From Deltaproteobacteria bacterium (GTDB taxonomy: Bacteria > Desulfobacterota > Binatia > Binatales > Binataceae), in NCBI GenBank assembly GCA_021801125.1, contig JAJYYI010000127.1, forward strand, positions 3,835 to 67,834: 64,000 bases of DNA, in the 5' to 3' direction. The position numbers and the translations under genes were made by a program. The stretch's first letter is position 1, and each line of letters opens with the position of its first letter. This document shows, in pieces, positions 1-9,652 of the stretch. The notes beneath the pieces are model-generated. The model did not search any database and was not told where the DNA came from. It saw only the letters and a program-made list of their open reading frames with translations.

Positions 1-504
1 AACCTGGGTGTAACCGACCATCGTTTGAAGAGTGTTGTATTCGGCCTCGGTCTCCTTCCACTTAGCATACAGCTCGTCGACGTACTCCTTGGCTACCAGG
101 CGGGGGTCTTTGTTCCATACCTGCAAGACGCGCTGGTAGGTGAGCCGTGCGATGTCCATGCGGGCTTTCGCTCGGGCCAGATTGCTGTGCAGTTCGGGCA
201 CGTCAAGCGTACACAGGAGACTGCCGGACTTCACCCAGTCGCCTTTGTCAACGGTGATGTCCTTGATGTAGCCGGTGACCTTCGCGTGCAGAGCGGTCTC
301 GTAAAAGCCCACGGCGTCGCCGGGTAACGTCACCGTGCGGTCAATCTCGCCACGGGCCGGCCGCACAACGTACACCTTCGGCACCGCCGGAGGCGTGGGC
401 GCAGTTTCCGCCGGAGAATTACAGGAAACGGCAAAAAGCGAAGCGACAAGCACCGCAATTAGGGACGTTATTCCCGACGATCTCAAGCTTGGGCTTTTAC
501 GCAT
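1..504 (-). CDS. Efflux RND transporter periplasmic adaptor subunit (membrane fusion protein, HlyD/AcrA family). N-terminal part only; the gene continues past the window start.
   Basis: Reverse-complement translation from the ATG at 504-502 gives MRKSPSLRSSGITSLIAVLVASLFAVSC(lipobox-like)...VYVVRPARGEIDRTVTLPGDAVGFYETALHAKVTGYIKDITVDKGDWVKSGSLLCTLDVPEL. This is the typical biotinyl-lipoyl-like domain of membrane fusion proteins. There is no stop before position 1, so it is absent from the ORF track. Confidence 0.8.
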   Translation of the reverse strand, partial: MRKSPSLRSSGITSLIAVLVASLFAVSCNSPAETAPTPPAVPKVYVVRPARGEIDRTVTLPGDAVGFYETALHAKVTGYIKDITVDKGDWVKSGSLLCTLDVPELHSNLARAKARMDIARLTYQRVLQVWNKDPRLVAKEYVDELYAKWKETEAEYNTLQTMVGYTQV

Positions 505-835
505 ATCCATACTTGCTAACCATTTTCCGAAGCATGGTCCGGCGATTAGACGTTCCCCGGGCGCCTATATTCAGCATTGACCTGCGTTAACGGACGAAGT
601 AGCCGAGCGACTAAAAGAAGCACAACATAGCGTCCAAGCCACTGCGCCATGCTCGCGCGCGTTGCCCTCATCCATCCTCGTTAGCGCCGTCACGTCAAGG
701 TGTTGTGCGCCATGCCCCGGCAAGGGGCAAAGCCGATTCGGAAGCGACATCTTCGGTTGTTCGACGTGTCTTGAAGGAGGGCTATTCAGTCGGTCAGCGA
801 ACGCCGTATAACGCAAAGACACCAAGCCGCGCTGT

Positions 836-857
836 TCCATATAAGTTCCATATAAGA
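836..857. repeat. Tandem 11-bp direct repeat (TCCATATAAGT / TCCATATAAGA) in an AT-rich 680-nt intergenic region.
   Basis: Read directly: gttccatataagttccatataagatgg. It lies between the divergent membrane-fusion-protein gene and the liv operon. Confidence 0.5.
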
Positions 858-1187
858 TGGATCGTTGTACACGTAAGCTTACTGGATTAGGGCTGTGCGA
901 TCCGCACGGCCGCTAAAACGCCATTTTCATACTATCAGCGCTACCAAGGTCACGGCTAGTCCGCAGCACATATTACCGCGCCTTCTCGCGCGGGCTTCAG
1001 GCTCACTTCAAATAGCGGGGCGCGCGGAGTTTGAATTTGTTCTCGTGCGGAGACCCAGCCGACTGTCCGGCTAAAAAATCGGCCGCTAGGCACCCATCGC
1101 GTTGAGTTTCATCGCCTAGGCCAGTAGCTTTTAGCTTACGCCAGAAACCGAACGGACTTCTTAACTCGCTGGCTGGGGGGAAGCGGT

Positions 1188-2324
1188 ATGAGTCTTTGGA
1201 CCTTTGGAGCGCGGCTGGGCGTCGCCCTTGGCCTTTTTTTCACCTTCTTGGCGCCGCTTCGGGCCGGGGCACAGACGTTGACGGTGGGGGTCATCTTTCC
1301 CCTCTCAGGGCCTAACGCAGTGTACGGGCAAACCTTTTCCCTGGGAGCGAATCTCGCCGTTAAGAACATCAACGACGGACACGATCTGCCGAATCCGATC
1401 AAGCTTCTTTACGAGGACAGCCAAGCGCTGCCTCAGCCAGCGATCATCGCGATGAACAAGCTCGCGAACGTCGAGCGGACCCCGTTCGTGCTGAGCGCGT
1501 TCAGCGGCGTTACGAAGGCTGTGGCGCCTATCGCGACGCGACGCAAGATCGTGGTCATCAACGGGGCCGCGGTCAGCCCTGAACTGGCCGGCCTCAGCCC
1601 GTACCTTTTTAACGTTATCCCGCTAGTGAACGATGAAATCGCGGCGCTGATGCCGTACGCGACCTCCAAGCTCAACGTAAAACACTTAATCCTGACCTAC
1701 GTTAACGATCCCTTCGGGCAGGGCGCGCTAGGTGCGCTGACCCAGCAATGCGCGCGCTTGGGATGCCAGACGGCGGCGATCAGCGTCAGTCCCGGGGCTA
1801 CCAACTTCCAGGCCGAAGTGGCGAAGATCCGCGCGGGACATCCCGACGCCGTATACATCGCCTCCTATGGGCAGCAACAGAACGTAATACTCAAGCAACT
1901 TCGTGACGGCGGCGTCACTGCGCGGATCTTCAGCTACTCCGGCATCAACCTTCCCGACACGATGAAACTGCCGGCGGCCCAAGGCCTGATTTTCACGACG
2001 CAATATGTGAGCTTTGATTCCCCTGACCCGATAACGAAAAAATTCCTCGAAAGTTTCCGAGCCACCAACGGCAACGGAGCGCCGAGCTTTTATTCGGTCA
2101 ACTACTACAACGCGATGCTGTTGTTCGCCCAGGCGGCGAAGTGGTTGAGCGACAAAAAGGAGCCGATCACCGGCGAGAATCTCCTGCACGCCATGCATAC
2201 GATAAAAACCTTCCAGGCGGTCGGGGGAACCATCTCCTTTCAACCCGACGGAACGGTGCGTCAGGCGATGCAGATCCTGCGCGTGGTCGACGGACGCCCG
2301 CAGGTAATCGCCACCGTGCAGTGA
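1188..2324 (+). CDS. livK: Branched-chain amino acid-type ABC transporter periplasmic substrate-binding protein (LivK/LivJ PBP1 family).
   Basis: 378 aa with an N-terminal signal peptide (LFFTFLAPLRAGAQT). The profile is typical of Leu/Ile/Val-binding proteins. It is followed by livHMGF. Confidence 0.8.
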   Translation: MSLWTFGARLGVALGLFFTFLAPLRAGAQTLTVGVIFPLSGPNAVYGQTFSLGANLAVKNINDGHDLPNPIKLLYEDSQALPQPAIIAMNKLANVERTPFVLSAFSGVTKAVAPIATRRKIVVINGAAVSPELAGLSPYLFNVIPLVNDEIAALMPYATSKLNVKHLILTYVNDPFGQGALGALTQQCARLGCQTAAISVSPGATNFQAEVAKIRAGHPDAVYIASYGQQQNVILKQLRDGGVTARIFSYSGINLPDTMKLPAAQGLIFTTQYVSFDSPDPITKKFLESFRATNGNGAPSFYSVNYYNAMLLFAQAAKWLSDKKEPITGENLLHAMHTIKTFQAVGGTISFQPDGTVRQAMQILRVVDGRPQVIATVQ

Positions 2325-2471
2325 GGCGCGATGCGTCAGTACGGCCACAGAATCGCAGGCAAGCAAGCAAGTCATCGCGGCAGCGCCGCGCGGACGCTCC
2401 TCGCGCGTGCGGCTGCGACACACGTCGAACGCTCGCGAGCGCGATAACACCCCACGACGTCGGGTATCGGC

Positions 2472-3341
2472 GTGCAGCTACTTTTGCAGTTGGCGATTAA
2501 CGGCGTCGCGATTGGGTGCCTTTACGCGCTCGTGGCGGTCGGGTTTGCGGTCATCTTCGGCGTCACGCGAATTTTCCATTTCGCGCACGGCGCTACCTAT
2601 CTGCTCGCCGCCTACGCGTACTATGCAACCGTTTCCATTTTCCATTTCTCCGCGCTGGTAGGACTCGGTATAGCCGCGCTGGTCGCGATGGCTTTTGGAT
2701 CGGCCTGCGAACGGCTGGTCTACCGCCCGATGCTTCGCTCGGAATCCTCGTTTCTGACCGTTTTCGTCGCTTCCTTCGGACTCTTCATCGTGGTCGAGAA
2801 CCTGATCGTGCTAATCTTCGGCAGCGGCTTCAGCACGCTCGAATCCGCCCTGAGCAAGGGACTGCTCTTCGGGCCTTTTGAGCTTTCGCCGGTCGGGATT
2901 ATCGCGATTGGCGGGTCGGCTGTCCTCCTGTTGGGTCTCGAGCTTTTTCTGGCCCACACGGACGCGGGTACTGCTCTGCGAGCGATGGCCGACAGCGCGG
3001 AATTGGTGCAGATAATTGGGCTCGATCGGCACCGTTGCGCGCAACTCGCTTTTGCGGCGGGCTCGCTGCTTGCCGTGCCCGCGGCCGTGCTAAGCGTTCA
3101 TTTGTCTGGGTTGTCGCCCCAGTCAGGGGCGTCAATGATTTTGATCGCGATGGCCTCCACGATCGTGGGAGGAATCGGAAGCCTCTATGGCGCGGCTCTA
3201 GGAGGCGTGGTCCTCGGAGTGGCCGAGAATGTGGGAATCTGGCGCCTTCCGGCCAGTTGGGGCGACGGCATTGCCTTCGGAGTGCTTCTCCTTTTTCTGC
3301 TTCTTCGCCCAGCCGGAATCGTGAGCGCCCTGCGGCGATGA
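2472..3341 (+). CDS. livH: Branched-chain amino acid ABC transporter permease LivH.
   Basis: 289 aa polytopic membrane protein starting MQLLLQLAINGVAIGCLYALVAVGF, with the LivH signature. Its stop overlaps the livM start in an ATGA. Confidence 0.85.
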   Translation: MQLLLQLAINGVAIGCLYALVAVGFAVIFGVTRIFHFAHGATYLLAAYAYYATVSIFHFSALVGLGIAALVAMAFGSACERLVYRPMLRSESSFLTVFVASFGLFIVVENLIVLIFGSGFSTLESALSKGLLFGPFELSPVGIIAIGGSAVLLLGLELFLAHTDAGTALRAMADSAELVQIIGLDRHRCAQLAFAAGSLLAVPAAVLSVHLSGLSPQSGASMILIAMASTIVGGIGSLYGAALGGVVLGVAENVGIWRLPASWGDGIAFGVLLLFLLLRPAGIVSALRR

Positions 3342-4267
3342 TCCCATACGCCGAGAGCCTTCTTATCTTCACCAGCCTCGCGGTGATCCTCGCCTCGTCG
3401 CTTAACTTGATGTTGGGCTACGGCGGGATGTTTTCGGCGGCGCACGCGGTCTTCTACGGTATCGGCGCCTACACTGCGAGCCTGCTCGCGCTTCACGTCA
3501 ACTCTTCGATTCTGCTTTGCGTACCGGCGGCGATGATCGCCGGAGGAGTCGCCGGAGCGCTGCTGGCCGTACCGGCGCTGCGGGTAAAGGAGGAATATTT
3601 CGTCGTCGCCTCGCTCGGCTTTCAGGTCATCGCGTCGACCGTCTTTAATCAATGGGTGGCCGTGACCGGCGGGATCGGCGGCCTCACCGGCATTCCTCCT
3701 GCGTCATTCATGAGCATCCAGGTGGACAGTTACGGCGGATACCTTGTCCTCGCTCTGCTGTGTGCGGCGGGCGTTCTGATAGCGCTGAAGCTGCTCGTGC
3801 GCTCCGAGTTCGGCCGCGCTCTGCGCGCGTTGCGCGACGACGAGGCCGCGCTCCAGGCGCTGGGACGCGATCCGGTGCGTTTGCGAGTTGCCACCGTGGT
3901 GATCGCCGCGATGTTGGCCGCGATCGCCGGTGCAATATACGCCTATTTCACCTCCTTCGTGAACCCGGAAAGCTTCTCGCTCGACGAATCGATTCTGATC
4001 ATGGTGATGGTCATTATCGGTGGTACAGGAACGTTGACGGGCCCGGTGCTGGGCGCGGTCTTCATCACCACGTTTCCTGCTCTGCTCAGTTTTGTGCAAA
4101 TTCCCAGCACGATTTTGGGACCGACGCAGCGCGTGGTCTATGGAGCGGTGATAACCCTGCTCATGATCTACGAACCGGAAGGTTTGCTCGGCTTTTTACG
4201 CCGCATCTCGCGCGTTGCAAGTTTCAGCGCTCTACGACGATGGCAACCGAGCACATCCTCGAGCTAA
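3338..4267 (+). CDS. livM: Branched-chain amino acid ABC transporter permease LivM.
   Basis: The true start is MIPYAESLLIFTSLAVILASS at 3338, inside the longer track ORF 3035..4267. The ATGA overlap with livH suggests translational coupling. Confidence 0.85.
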   Translation: MIPYAESLLIFTSLAVILASSLNLMLGYGGMFSAAHAVFYGIGAYTASLLALHVNSSILLCVPAAMIAGGVAGALLAVPALRVKEEYFVVASLGFQVIASTVFNQWVAVTGGIGGLTGIPPASFMSIQVDSYGGYLVLALLCAAGVLIALKLLVRSEFGRALRALRDDEAALQALGRDPVRLRVATVVIAAMLAAIAGAIYAYFTSFVNPESFSLDESILIMVMVIIGGTGTLTGPVLGAVFITTFPALLSFVQIPSTILGPTQRVVYGAVITLLMIYEPEGLLGFLRRISRVASFSALRRWQPSTSSS

Positions 4268-4977
4268 CCGGTCTGTCGAAGTCATTCGGCGGCAATCGGG
4301 TGATTACCGCCTTAGACTTGGCGATCAGCCGCGGCGGCGTGACTTCGTTAGTCGGACCGAACGGCGCGGGGAAGACCACGCTGTTCGATCTGGTCACCGG
4401 CTTCCTCACGCCGGACGCCGGCCGCGTCCGCCTGCTCGGGCGCGACATCACAGGAAAGCCTCCCCATCTCGTAGCGCGAGCCGGGATCGTGCGCACCTTC
4501 CAGAGCCTGCGCCTTTTCAGCAGCCTCACGGTTCTAGAGAACGTCCTGCTGGCCGCGGACAGCGAGGCCGGCATGCGCTCGTCGAGCGAGCGCCATGAGT
4601 CGGCGCGCGTCGCAATGGAGCGCGCCGGTGTCGCGGGACTCGCCGACGTGCGTGCCGCCGACCTTTCGTTCGCCGAACAAAAGTTCGTGAGCCTGGCGCG
4701 CGCGATCGCGAAGCCGGCAGGGCTAATGCTGCTCGACGAACCGGCCTCGGGGCTCGACGGCCCGTCGCTGCGCCGCTTTCACGCGATCGTGCGGGCCTTG
4801 GTCGACGAGGGACGCACGGTACTTCTGATCGAGCATAATCTCGATATCGTGCGCCAAATCTCTGACCGCGTGGCGTTCCTCAACAACGGCAGGCTCCTTG
4901 CGCACGGCACCCCTGATGAGATCTTCGCGATGGAAGAACTCGCCGCACTATACTTCGGAGATGACGCCGCCACATGA
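4240..4977 (+). CDS. livG: ABC transporter ATP-binding protein LivG.
   Basis: Starts MATEHILELTGLSKSFGG. Walker A GPNGAGKTT, ABC signature LSFAEQK, Walker B LLDEP. The track ORF 3652..4977 carries a spurious 5' extension. Confidence 0.85.
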   Translation: MATEHILELTGLSKSFGGNRVITALDLAISRGGVTSLVGPNGAGKTTLFDLVTGFLTPDAGRVRLLGRDITGKPPHLVARAGIVRTFQSLRLFSSLTVLENVLLAADSEAGMRSSSERHESARVAMERAGVAGLADVRAADLSFAEQKFVSLARAIAKPAGLMLLDEPASGLDGPSLRRFHAIVRALVDEGRTVLLIEHNLDIVRQISDRVAFLNNGRLLAHGTPDEIFAMEELAALYFGDDAAT

Positions 4978-5684
4978 TGCTGCGCGTGAAGGATCTAAGC
5001 GCCGGTTATGGCAGCCTTAACGTTCTCGACCGGGTCTCGCTCGGCGTAGAAGCGAGCGAGGTCGTGGCGCTTTTCGGCCATAACGGCGCCGGCAAAACCA
5101 CCCTCCTGAAGGCGATCTTCGGCCTGCTCGGCGACGCTCGCGGCGAGGTCTCTTTTCGCGACGAAAACATCCTCAATCAAGCGCCGAAGAACCTTACCAG
5201 CCACGGGATTGCTCTGGTTCCTCAGGGACGCGGCGTCTTCGCCAACTTGACGGTTGCCGAGAATCTACGCCTCGGCCTGCTCGCCGCCGGCGTGAAGGCC
5301 AATAGCGCTGAAGGCGAGCGTCGCCTGGAACGCGTGTTTCAACATCTACCGCTGCTGCGCGAGCGCTTTCACGAACGGGCCGGCCGGCTTTCCGGCGGAC
5401 AGCAACAGATGGTAAGTATTGGACGCGCGCTTGTCCTGGGCCCGTCGCTATTATTGATGGATGAGCCGTCAATCGGGCTTTCGCCCAAGATCGTGCAGGA
5501 GGTGATGCATCTGGTGCGCCGACTCAGAGATGAAGCCGGGCTCGCTGTGCTGTTGGTGGAACAAAATGTGCGCCATGCTTTGAAAGTCGCCCAGCGCGTT
5601 TACGTGCTCAAGGCCGGAACCGTCATCTTGGAAACCACGCCGCAGCAACTTAGCGATCTGAAGAGCCTCTGGGACCTATTTTGA
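4974..5684 (+). CDS. livF: ABC transporter ATP-binding protein LivF.
   Basis: MMLRVKDLSAGYG...GHNGAGKTTLLKAIFG...LSGGQQQM...LLMDEP. ATGA overlap with livG. Confidence 0.85.
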   Translation: MMLRVKDLSAGYGSLNVLDRVSLGVEASEVVALFGHNGAGKTTLLKAIFGLLGDARGEVSFRDENILNQAPKNLTSHGIALVPQGRGVFANLTVAENLRLGLLAAGVKANSAEGERRLERVFQHLPLLRERFHERAGRLSGGQQQMVSIGRALVLGPSLLLMDEPSIGLSPKIVQEVMHLVRRLRDEAGLAVLLVEQNVRHALKVAQRVYVLKAGTVILETTPQQLSDLKSLWDLF

Positions 5685-5691
5685 TTTCGAC

Positions 5692-6339
5692 ATGGCTGTA
5701 CAAGGTTTGAACTCGCGCGGTGCCGGCGTCCAACGCCTGCGCCGCAATCACGATGGCCGATTATCCGAAGATCCGATCCGCCGTTTCCTGCAGCTGTTTG
5801 AGCGAGCGCAACGCGCGGGGACGCCCCAGCCGGAGGCGATGGCGTTGGCCACCGCCGAGCCTAACGGTCGCGTAAGCGCCCGCTTCGTGCTCCTCAAAGG
5901 CGCAAGCGACCAGGGTTTTGTCTTTTATACCGACACCCGCAGCCGCAAGGGACGAGACCTCAAAGGCAACCCTCGCACCGCCGCTACCTTCTACTGGTAT
6001 CCGCTGCGAGTCCAGGTACGGATCGAAGGACGCGTCGAGCCGGTCTCGCCGGCCGAGGCGGACGAATATTGGGCAAGCCGCCCGCGGGAAAGCCGACTCG
6101 GCGCGAGCATTTCCAGGCAGAGCAGCCGGCTGAGTTCGCGCGAGCGGCTGTTGGCGGATTTCAGAGCGATCCAGGAACGGCTTAAGGGAAAAGCCGTTCC
6201 TCGGCCAGGCTACTGGACAGGATTTCGTATCGCGCCAGACCTGATTGAGTTCTGGACCGCCCGGCCCCATCGCCTGCACGATCGCGTGGTTTTCCTTCGC
6301 TCCCGCGGTAAGTGGGAGAAACGCCTCCTCTACCCCTGA
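5692..6339 (+). CDS. pdxH: Pyridoxamine 5'-phosphate oxidase.
   Basis: 215 aa. Conserved FVFYTDTRSRKGRDL, ATFYWYPL, RIEG, PLP-binding stretch and C-terminal WTGFRIAPDLIEFW..RLHDR. Confidence 0.85.
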   Translation: MAVQGLNSRGAGVQRLRRNHDGRLSEDPIRRFLQLFERAQRAGTPQPEAMALATAEPNGRVSARFVLLKGASDQGFVFYTDTRSRKGRDLKGNPRTAATFYWYPLRVQVRIEGRVEPVSPAEADEYWASRPRESRLGASISRQSSRLSSRERLLADFRAIQERLKGKAVPRPGYWTGFRIAPDLIEFWTARPHRLHDRVVFLRSRGKWEKRLLYP

Positions 6340-6571
6340 GACAAGCGGCGGACCGGCCTCTCATTTGACCGGCGATGCTTCTCGGGCCGGAGGGCGCGCA
6401 AAGGCGGCGCGACGCCATCACACCGTTGCTTTGGTCCGCCAGTAAAATCGCGACGCGACGGCTCGCGTAATTTTCCCAGGCCCGCTCGGGGGGCTGCCAG
6501 CCCTTTGGCGCACCTACCCAAAAGCGCTAATAGAGAGATCGGCTGTGTTCAGCAACGAGGGGGTTTTCTCG

Positions 6572-7216
6572 ATGAAACTTTACGGCTTTTTCCGTTCGTC
6601 CGCGGCGTTTCGCGCCCGTATCGCGCTCAACCTCAAAGGTCTCGACTACGAGTACGTTCCGGTCGATTTGCTCAAGGGCGAAGCGAGCAAACCGGAGTAT
6701 CGAGACGGCCTCAATCCGCAGGGACTCGTGCCGACGCTCGAGGTGGACGGCCTGTTGATCGCGCAGTCGTTGGCCATCTGTGATTACTTGGACGAAATTA
6801 AGCCGCAGCCACCACTGATGCCGCACGACGCCGCGGGCTGCGCGCGAGTCCGCAGTCTTGCGCTTTTCGTCGCTTGCGATATTCACCCGCTCAACAACGT
6901 GCGGGTGCTCGAGTACCTCACCAATCAAATTGGCGTGAGCAAGGACCAGCGTCTCGCGTGGTACCATCATTGGATTCACGAAGGGTTTGTCGCGCTGGAA
7001 AAATCGCTGTCGCGCTCTCCAGCAACCGGCAAGTTCTGTCATGGCGACACGCCTACGCTCGCTGATGTGTGCCTGGTGCCCCAGGTCTACAACGCTTACC
7101 GTTACAAAGTAGATATGACGCCGTACCCGACACTGAGGCGAATCAACGAAACGTGCCTCGCGCTGCCGGCGTTCGACAAAGCGCGCCCGGAAAACCAGCC
7201 CGACGCCGTCCCGTAA
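6572..7216 (+). CDS. maiA: Maleylacetoacetate/maleylpyruvate isomerase (GST zeta class).
   Basis: MKLYGFFRSSAAFRARIALNLKGLDYEYVPVDL... matches the GST-zeta N-terminus (SSxxxRxRIAL). The ATG at 6572 lies 12 nt after a GAGG. Confidence 0.8.
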   Translation: MKLYGFFRSSAAFRARIALNLKGLDYEYVPVDLLKGEASKPEYRDGLNPQGLVPTLEVDGLLIAQSLAICDYLDEIKPQPPLMPHDAAGCARVRSLALFVACDIHPLNNVRVLEYLTNQIGVSKDQRLAWYHHWIHEGFVALEKSLSRSPATGKFCHGDTPTLADVCLVPQVYNAYRYKVDMTPYPTLRRINETCLALPAFDKARPENQPDAVP

Positions 7217-7681
7217 CAGTGAGTGAGCTAGCACCGGGAGCGAAGTCGCCCTGCGCCTTCACGGGTTGCGGACAGCGCCGCAGGTCTTGGCGTAGGGCCG
7301 AGGACTTCTGCGCCCCTACGAAAAGTTCCGTCTTTCGGCTTCGCTTTTCTGGCACCCGCACAAGGCCCACGGCTTACCGTGGAGGTTGCACAAAGGCATC
7401 GCGCGCAATAAGCGCACCGGGCAAAACACGCGCGAAGCACGGCTGGCCGCGGCCAAAGCGCCGGTCAAGATTGCCCGACCAAACGCGGCCCTTCAGCGCA
7501 GTGTCGGCTCGCGTCGACGCGGAGGCTTGGCGCATCCGCGCGCACGTCCTAGACTTTCACCTAAACTAACTTAGCTGGCTTCGGGGGTTCAGGGCGCGTC
7601 GCTTCTCCCGAAAATGAGACCAAGCTTCAACAAAATCAGGACAGGCGCGTAACCACTTACCGAACCTCCGGCGCCTACCCT

Positions 7682-8539
7682 ATGCCCGATCAGGGAGGCA
7701 AGAGGATGAACACCGCCAACGCCAGGGTGAGGCAGGAGGAACGACTGCGCGAGGTTTTTGAGAATCTGCTAGCGACGGTCAAGGACTTTGTCCAACACCA
7801 CGAAGTAACCCATGACGAGTACCGGCGAGCGGTTGAATTCTTGTGCGAGACGGCCCGTCAGGGGGAACTTACGCTGCTGTGCGACGTTTTCCTTGAGGCC
7901 ACCGTGGACGCCGTTGAGTCAAGCGGCCGCATGGGCACGGCGAGTTCCGTGGAAGGCCCGTACTACGTCCCCGAGGCGCCGGTTTTGCGATCGCCGTGCG
8001 TATTGCCTCATCGCGCGAACGAGCCTGGCGAGCCGATGCTCTTTCACGGAACGGTGCGGGCGACCGACGGCACGCCCCTCGACGGCGTTATGCTCGACGT
8101 ATGGCAGGCGGACGCGAATGGGGCTTATTCTCATTTCGACGTCGCCAAGGAAGCGGCGCCGTATAATCTGCGGGCTCGCGTCTTCTGCGACGAGCGCGGG
8201 CGCTTTGAGATTCGGACCTGGGTCAGCGCGCCTTACCATATTCCAAAAGACGGCCCGACAGGAGGGCTTCTGACGGCCCTAGGGCGTCACCCTTACCGCC
8301 CCGCCCACATTCACGTCAAGCTTTCGCATCCGCAATGTCTGCCGCTGACAACCCAACTTTTTTACGAGGGCGACCCGTACCTCGACTCGGATGTTGTGGG
8401 CGCGGTGAAAGCGCCGCTCATTGTGCGGTTGGTTAAACAGGAAGACCCCGCCGAGATTCGCCGACAAGGCCTCGGCTCCCCGTTCTATGCGCTTAAATAC
8501 GACTTTGTGCTGCCGCACCGGACAGCCAAGGCCGCTTGA
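7682..8539 (+). CDS. Intradiol ring-cleavage dioxygenase (catechol / hydroxyquinol 1,2-dioxygenase family).
   Basis: Invariant intradiol motif ...GRHPYRPAHIHVKL... and upstream Tyr/His ligands. The true start may be the internal MNTANARV at 7706. Confidence 0.75.
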   Translation: MPDQGGKRMNTANARVRQEERLREVFENLLATVKDFVQHHEVTHDEYRRAVEFLCETARQGELTLLCDVFLEATVDAVESSGRMGTASSVEGPYYVPEAPVLRSPCVLPHRANEPGEPMLFHGTVRATDGTPLDGVMLDVWQADANGAYSHFDVAKEAAPYNLRARVFCDERGRFEIRTWVSAPYHIPKDGPTGGLLTALGRHPYRPAHIHVKLSHPQCLPLTTQLFYEGDPYLDSDVVGAVKAPLIVRLVKQEDPAEIRRQGLGSPFYALKYDFVLPHRTAKAA

Positions 8540-8829
8540 TCGGCGAGGCACGACCGCCTCGCTACGGCCGACGCTCTTGCGAGATCTCGAAGGGTCCGCC
8601 GCGCTTGGCCGTGTAGAAGAAAACTCGTTGCGCGCGGCGCCGGTTGGCGCTGGCTTTTATAAGGTTAACCCCAACCGCGCCCGCCACGCCGCCGTTTCGC
8701 GAGCGGGTAGCGAGGCGTCGATCGGCTGGTCCTTACCCTTCATAATGCGCCTGGAGAACCACTCCGACACCGCACCGCGAGCGCCCTCGGCGGACGCCCC
8801 GCTCAGCACGGTCGAACGCTCATGAGGAG

Positions 8830-9069
8830 TTAGTGCGTCATTAACACCCGATGGACCGGCTCGTCGGCAAAGGCTGACTCGCTGTAGCAGGACAAGCAAA
8901 ATGGAATCACCGCGGTATGTGTGGCTTCCTGCCCAACCACTACCACTGACGTGGGTTCGTCACATTCCGAGCAGGCAAGCAGATCGGTGAGCGCGATCGA
9001 TAAAACGGAATCAAAGGTTACGGTCGCCTCACTCGTTGCCGGAACCGTCCGGCCATCCTGATGTGCCAT
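8830..9069 (-). CDS. Small hypothetical protein (80 aa) with two CxxC pairs (ACSEC ... CLSCY), putative zinc ribbon. Second gene of the low-GC cassette.
   Basis: ORF track 8830..9165, minus strand. The internal start MAHQDG at 9069 has GGTGAGG 8 nt upstream and leaves a 16-nt gap to the upstream gene. I recognise no known family. Confidence 0.4.
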   Translation of the reverse strand: MAHQDGRTVPATSEATVTFDSVLSIALTDLLACSECDEPTSVVVVGQEATHTAVIPFCLSCYSESAFADEPVHRVLMTH

Positions 9070-9085
9070 CACGTGTACCTCACCC

Positions 9086-9652
9086 CTAATCACTCGAATT
9101 GCGATCGAGCGGCAGGGTCTTAATGAACTCAGCCAACCTGGAAGCCTCGGCCGAAGATAGATCAATCGGCAAATCGACCTTTACTTTAAGGTTCAGTCGA
9201 AGCGGAAAAACGTAGGTTTCGAGCTCCGCTTCTCGAACTATCCGCCCCCGCTCCTCCTCGGATACGGGCTCCAGAGCCACCTCCTCGCCTATCGCCGTCT
9301 TGCCCACGCTGGACAGTCCAACTGCCCATTGGAAGCGCGACGGGTGCCCCTTGCGCCCTACAATGAAGTTTCCACACCCGATTTTTTCAAGCTCGTGGAA
9401 GACCCCCAGTATGTCGCTCCGGTTCACCCGGGGATTCTCCATCGTTAGCCTAAAAACCAGGCTATCGACAGTAGTCTGAGCGCGGTTTCTTCCTCGCCGT
9501 GCGAAATCTTCGAGCATCAGGCGCGCCGTCGGATTCCTCCGATAGAGCTCCTTTAGCAGCGCGATATCAATTCCGGCTCCGTTACCGCTCATAAGGTCGG
9601 CGAATTCCAAATAGACTGACTTTATTTTCCTATATTCCGGGATTTTCTGCAA
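9086..9652 (-). CDS. Hypothetical protein (188 aa) of unknown function. First gene of the low-GC cassette beside tRNA-Val.
   Basis: ORF on the minus strand. GC is visibly lower than in neighbouring genes. An AT-rich promoter-like region lies at 9600-9720. I recognise no family. Confidence 0.5.
   Translation of the reverse strand: MQKIPEYRKIKSVYLEFADLMSGNGAGIDIALLKELYRRNPTARLMLEDFARRGRNRAQTTVDSLVFRLTMENPRVNRSDILGVFHELEKIGCGNFIVGRKGHPSRFQWAVGLSSVGKTAIGEEVALEPVSEEERGRIVREAELETYVFPLRLNLKVKVDLPIDLSSAEASRLAEFIKTLPLDRNSSD

Noticed and set aside
25-327. 100-aa plus-strand ORF at the window start.
   Set aside because: It lies antisense within the much better supported membrane-fusion-protein gene on the minus strand. 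This is the typical high-GC antisense ORF artefact.
1728-2450. 240-aa minus-strand ORF, plus several shorter ORFs at 2141-2661.
   Set aside because: They are antisense to or out of frame with livK. They have Arg/Ala-rich low-complexity translations with no family resemblance.
3035-4977. Long track ORFs 3035..4267 and 3652..4977, suggesting 410-aa and 441-aa proteins.
   Set aside because: The 5' portions are out-of-frame read-through of the preceding genes. The conserved LivM and LivG N-termini begin at 3338 and 4240, with ATGA and short overlaps.
6527-7234. 235-aa minus-strand ORF.
   Set aside because: It is antisense to maiA with no recognisable domain.
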